DNA of 64,000 nt from Spirochaetota bacterium. GTDB taxonomy: Bacteria; Spirochaetota; UBA4802; UBA5550. Made by a program: the position numbers and the translations under genes. Shown here piece by piece: positions 60,289 through 64,000 of the stretch. Location: the NCBI GenBank assembly GCA_050298055.1, contig JBNKTL010000001.1, forward strand, positions 102,979-166,978, given 5' to 3'. Each line of letters starts with the position of its first letter. Positions within the stretch are counted from its first letter, which is position 1. The notes below the pieces were generated by a model, which saw only the letters and a program-made list of their open reading frames with translations, was not told where the DNA came from and searched no databases.

Positions 60289-62043
60289 ATGAATAAATCA
60301 ACACCCTCTTCCTCAAACCTTGACAGCGAACTCTATTCATCGGCATTTACTCTGTCCGATATGGAGATATTTATCTTTCCCGAACTTCTCTACTCACTGG
60401 TACTGGCAAATATTATGTCTCCCCGTATCTGGAAATGGAGAGACGATCCCTGGTTCCAGGACATCAGCAGACTGAACTTTAACAAAAAGATAAACAGGCT
60501 CAAGCAGTATATCATGGACAACTATCACTTTAATCTCGACCTGGAGACATGGGGCCTCACCACCCGGGAAAGGGAACTCCGGAGATTCACCGGCATTATT
60601 GATCCCGAACTTATCAGCGAATCTAACGCCCTCTTCGGATATGAAGGGGACAAATACTATTTCACTATTGACATAAGAAAACACTTCGGGCTGGACAGGT
60701 ATACGAGCAACATTATACCTTATTGGAAAACCGAAACCATTGAGGCAATGGACGCATTCAGGCACAAAGAGAATTTTACCACGGGAGCGGGGGAGTGCGT
60801 TTCCCTCTCATCCCTTTATGCGGCCGCTCTCTTTATTGTTCTGGGAATACCCCTGAAAGATATATTCCTCATCGCCACACCGCTCCACTCCCAGAACTTT
60901 GTGATAAAAGGGAACGGGGTCATCACAAACAACAGGAGGATACTCACCAATAGAATGTGGTATAACGGGACAATTCTGTCAGGCAAAGCAAGGAGGGCCC
61001 TTGAGAATGAACATATCACATACATAAGCCACATTACAGGTACTATCCATAAGATCTATAAAGAAGCAACTATTGACAGCGGTGAGTACGGGAGGTTTAC
61101 ATCCGGTCTGCAAAAATTCCTGAAAACCAGGGTCACCGGCAGAGTCTTTATCAACTTTCTGAGGGTCCGCAACCGGTACAGGAAATACTTTCAGTTCTCC
61201 TTTAATCAGGATGGCAAAGACTTATATATCACTTCTGAAAAACTCTATGAATATGAACATTCAAGCCGCTACCGGATAGATGACAATACCCGGAAAAAGC
61301 TCTTCCTGGACATCCATACTGATGACTTCGACCTCTCCCCTCATGAGGGGAGATATATTCTCAACATACTTGAAGAGGAGATGGATAGGAAGCCTTTTTA
61401 TTGTATGAATGAATCATCCCTTGCCACATGGAGGGAGAAGCTTAAAAATATCCCTGAGCGGGATGAGCTTTTAAAGGACCTTGCGTCTTTTTCAAATACA
61501 ATACCCAGGCTTCCTGATAGTGAAGAGAAGCTCTTCAGTCACCGGGACAGTGCAGAGCTCTCAATTGAAACAGGTATGGGGAGAGAAGAGATTATTGATT
61601 ACCTGAGATCCATGAGGGAGAGTTCCTCTGTGGCAGACCTTTCATTCTTTGCCGGAAGGTACTGCTTAAGCAGGGAGTGGCCCTATTTTCTGAAGGCTGC
61701 CATGGAGAGAAATCCCGTTACTCTTGAGTTCTTCAAAAAGAAAAGCCTGGAAGAATCTTACCTGCTCCTTAAAGATTTCACTAACCGGTCCATCTACTAC
61801 CGGGGACAGTATGCCCAGCCCGATGAAGTTGTTAACTATAAAAGGGGAAGTTCCCTTGAGAAGGCGATAACGCTTACTTCCCTGATCCTTAACAGGGAAG
61901 GGGGTTCCCATATCCGGATTCTTTCAATAAATGAAAAAACCGAGGTTTTTTACGGAAATAATTCATTTGTTTTCACCGGGCAGATGGGATTTTCCGGAGA
62001 GTTTCGGATTTCCAAAAATGACTATGAATATAAAGACATTTAA
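60289..62043 (+). CDS. Hypothetical 584-aa protein, possible transglutaminase-like Cys/His enzyme
   Basis: Long clean ORF; GAGECVSLS...ATPLHSQNF. Confidence 0.6.
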   Translation: MNKSTPSSSNLDSELYSSAFTLSDMEIFIFPELLYSLVLANIMSPRIWKWRDDPWFQDISRLNFNKKINRLKQYIMDNYHFNLDLETWGLTTRERELRRFTGIIDPELISESNALFGYEGDKYYFTIDIRKHFGLDRYTSNIIPYWKTETIEAMDAFRHKENFTTGAGECVSLSSLYAAALFIVLGIPLKDIFLIATPLHSQNFVIKGNGVITNNRRILTNRMWYNGTILSGKARRALENEHITYISHITGTIHKIYKEATIDSGEYGRFTSGLQKFLKTRVTGRVFINFLRVRNRYRKYFQFSFNQDGKDLYITSEKLYEYEHSSRYRIDDNTRKKLFLDIHTDDFDLSPHEGRYILNILEEEMDRKPFYCMNESSLATWREKLKNIPERDELLKDLASFSNTIPRLPDSEEKLFSHRDSAELSIETGMGREEIIDYLRSMRESSSVADLSFFAGRYCLSREWPYFLKAAMERNPVTLEFFKKKSLEESYLLLKDFTNRSIYYRGQYAQPDEVVNYKRGSSLEKAITLTSLILNREGGSHIRILSINEKTEVFYGNNSFVFTGQMGFSGEFRISKNDYEYKDI

Positions 62044-62226
62044 TCCCCCGGCCTTCGGCCACCCCTTTAATAAAGGGGCTCATTATTTCAGAACATTATG
62101 TTTAGTAAAGAGAGTTAGTCTAACGGGCTCCCCTTTGCGAAAGGTCGGCTTTTTCGCGCCTTCCTTGCGCTGTGCCGACAGGTTACTTCCTGTAATCTCG
62201 GGAGCTGCCGGAGGCTGAGGGGATTA
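62041..62226. repeat. REP/REPIN-like element B copy 4, with GGA cassette
   Basis: TAATCCCCCGGCCTTCGGCCACCCCTTTAATAAAGGGG...GCTCCCCTTTGCGAAAG[cassette]GGGAGCTGCCGGAGGCTGAGGGGATTA. Confidence 0.9.
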
Positions 62227-62331
62227 AAACGACCCTGTTTTTTTAAGAATGTATATTTCCAAAAAAAATATTGTAATTTTTCACTATATGGTTTACTGAT
62301 AAATTAACCATTCAATCCAGCGGGGTATGAC

Positions 62332-64000
62332 ATGAACAGGACAAAAATCCTCATTCCGGTATTCATCCTTCTCCTCTTTTCTCTTTTTTCCGGCGGCACT
62401 TATTCCCAGAGCCAATATGTGATTGCCGTTATAGACTTCAAAAATTCCACGGGAGAGAGCAAAAACGATTACCTGAAGGAAGCCGTTCCCGAAATCCTTG
62501 CAACAAACCTGGCCCGGTCAGACAGGATCACCGTTCTTGAAAGAGACAGGGTGAGAAAGATCCTTAAGGAGAGCGGTCTGATAATGTCCGGCGTTACCGA
62601 AGGGGACCTGTCAAAGATAGGCAAGCTCCTTTCGGCAAAACAGCTTGTATCCGGCTCCATTATCAGGACCGGCGCGAATTTCAGAATAGATGTGAGGATA
62701 ACAGATACCGGCAGCGGGAAGATCCTTGCCGCAGAGAAAAAGAGGTGCGGAACTGTAGATGAGATTATCGATGCAGTGGATATCCTCTCCGTGAGGCTTG
62801 TAAAGGCAATAACCGGAACATCCCTTACACTGGTTGAACCGGAACCGGGAAACGAAAGCGATATTATTAAGGGAAACTATATCGACCTGGAGGTAATGCA
62901 GCAGAACAGGTACTACAGTTCCGGGGAGAAGTCCTTCTACATCAGGGCGGGTTTTCTGGCACGGGAGGTTAAAAGAAAAAAGAAAAGAGTCCCACTCAAT
63001 ATCGCTGTTGTGCTGGACAGAAGCGGTTCAATGGCACAGGAGGACAAGCTCGCCAATGCCAAGAAAGCAATTAAATTCATCATTAAAAACCTGGGGAAGA
63101 AGGACATCATATCCATTGTAACATATGACGACAGGGTAAAGGTCCCCGTGCTCCCCGTTAAAGGAAGTGAAAAAAACAGGCTGATCAAACTGGTGGATGA
63201 GATCTCAACCGGCGGAAGCACTAACCTGAGCGGAGGCCTTATGGAGGGGTACAACCAGGTAAAAGTGAATTACAGCAGTGGCCGCATCAACAGGGTCCTC
63301 CTGATATCCGACGGCCTGGCCAATGTGGGGATCAGGGATCCCCGGATGATAGAAAAGATCGTCCAGACAAAATCCCGGGACAGTATAACTGTTTCATCCT
63401 TTGGTGTGGGAAAATACTTCAATGAAAAACTGCTTACCGGTATTGCCGAATATGGCAATGCCAACTACTATTATATTGATGAATCGGATAAGATCCCTGA
63501 AATATTCTCAAGGGAGCTTGCAGGGCTTCTGGCAGTGGCAGCACAGAATGCACGCATTGAAATAAAGGGGCTTAACGGGGCAACGGTAAAGAGAGTTTTC
63601 GGATATAAATACAAAACAGTAGATAATAACACTGAAGTCAGGATGGGGGACATTGTTTCCGAGGAGAAAAAGATAGCACTGGCTGAGATCGTCCTCCCCG
63701 AAACCCAAAAATCCAATCTGAAAATTGCAGAGTTGGTATTCTCCTATGACGATTCAATCTCCGATTTCAGAAGGGTCGTAAAGAGATCAAACATTGTGAT
63801 TTCCCATACTGCCGATTCAAAACTCATAGCCGCCAGTCGCAATCCTTCGGTTGTCAGGGACATTGAAATGTTCCGTTCGTCGGAACTCATGGAAAAGACC
63901 ATGGATATGGTTGACAGGGGAGATGTTGAGGGTGCGCGAAAGATGATAGATAAAAACCTCAGCAGGGTCAGGTCTGTGATAAACAGGTACCAGTCCAGGG
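62332..64000 (+). CDS. Exported CsgG/TolB-N-like plus VWA domain protein, runs off the window
   Basis: Not in the ORF track. Manual translation MNRTKILIPVFILLLF...IAVIDFKN...VLERDRVRKILKE...IGKLLSAKQLVSGS; later PLNIAVVLDRSGSM, GGSTNL, LLISDGLAN (MIDAS motif). Confidence 0.85.
   Translation, partial: MNRTKILIPVFILLLFSLFSGGTYSQSQYVIAVIDFKNSTGESKNDYLKEAVPEILATNLARSDRITVLERDRVRKILKESGLIMSGVTEGDLSKIGKLLSAKQLVSGSIIRTGANFRIDVRITDTGSGKILAAEKKRCGTVDEIIDAVDILSVRLVKAITGTSLTLVEPEPGNESDIIKGNYIDLEVMQQNRYYSSGEKSFYIRAGFLAREVKRKKKRVPLNIAVVLDRSGSMAQEDKLANAKKAIKFIIKNLGKKDIISIVTYDDRVKVPVLPVKGSEKNRLIKLVDEISTGGSTNLSGGLMEGYNQVKVNYSSGRINRVLLISDGLANVGIRDPRMIEKIVQTKSRDSITVSSFGVGKYFNEKLLTGIAEYGNANYYYIDESDKIPEIFSRELAGLLAVAAQNARIEIKGLNGATVKRVFGYKYKTVDNNTEVRMGDIVSEEKKIALAEIVLPETQKSNLKIAELVFSYDDSISDFRRVVKRSNIVISHTADSKLIAASRNPSVVRDIEMFRSSELMEKTMDMVDRGDVEGARKMIDKNLSRVRSVINRYQSR

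Overview
Bacterial chromosomal replication-origin region, probably from a spirochaete related to Leptospira (inferred from a SpiroCoCo-type coiled-coil protein, L34 with an LTVSDEK tail and type-1 IleRS). It contains partial ileS, an XPB-like helicase, oriC with dnaA-dnaN-recF-dciA-DUF370-gyrB-gyrA, purD, a MoxR/VWA pair, a detached rpmH-rnpA-yidD-yidC-jag-mnmE-parA block, an Rrf2-cysK-metY-mnmA sulfur operon, a DUF2318/ABC metal-type transporter, xseA-xseB-rtcB, lspA, and mnmG-rsmG carrying two parS sites. No rRNA, tRNA or CRISPR array was seen. The most unusual content is non-coding. (1) A REP/REPIN-like element occurs in 4 copies, two of which flank a DUF559 endonuclease gene as direct repeats. 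(2) A ~56-nt cassette with covarying stems and AGGAN loops, resembling CsrA sites, is inserted into these repeats. (3) A separate ~137-bp palindromic MITE-like family (6 copies) sits mostly in divergent promoter regions, including upstream of dnaA, rpmH and mnmG. All calls are from manual reading without database searches.
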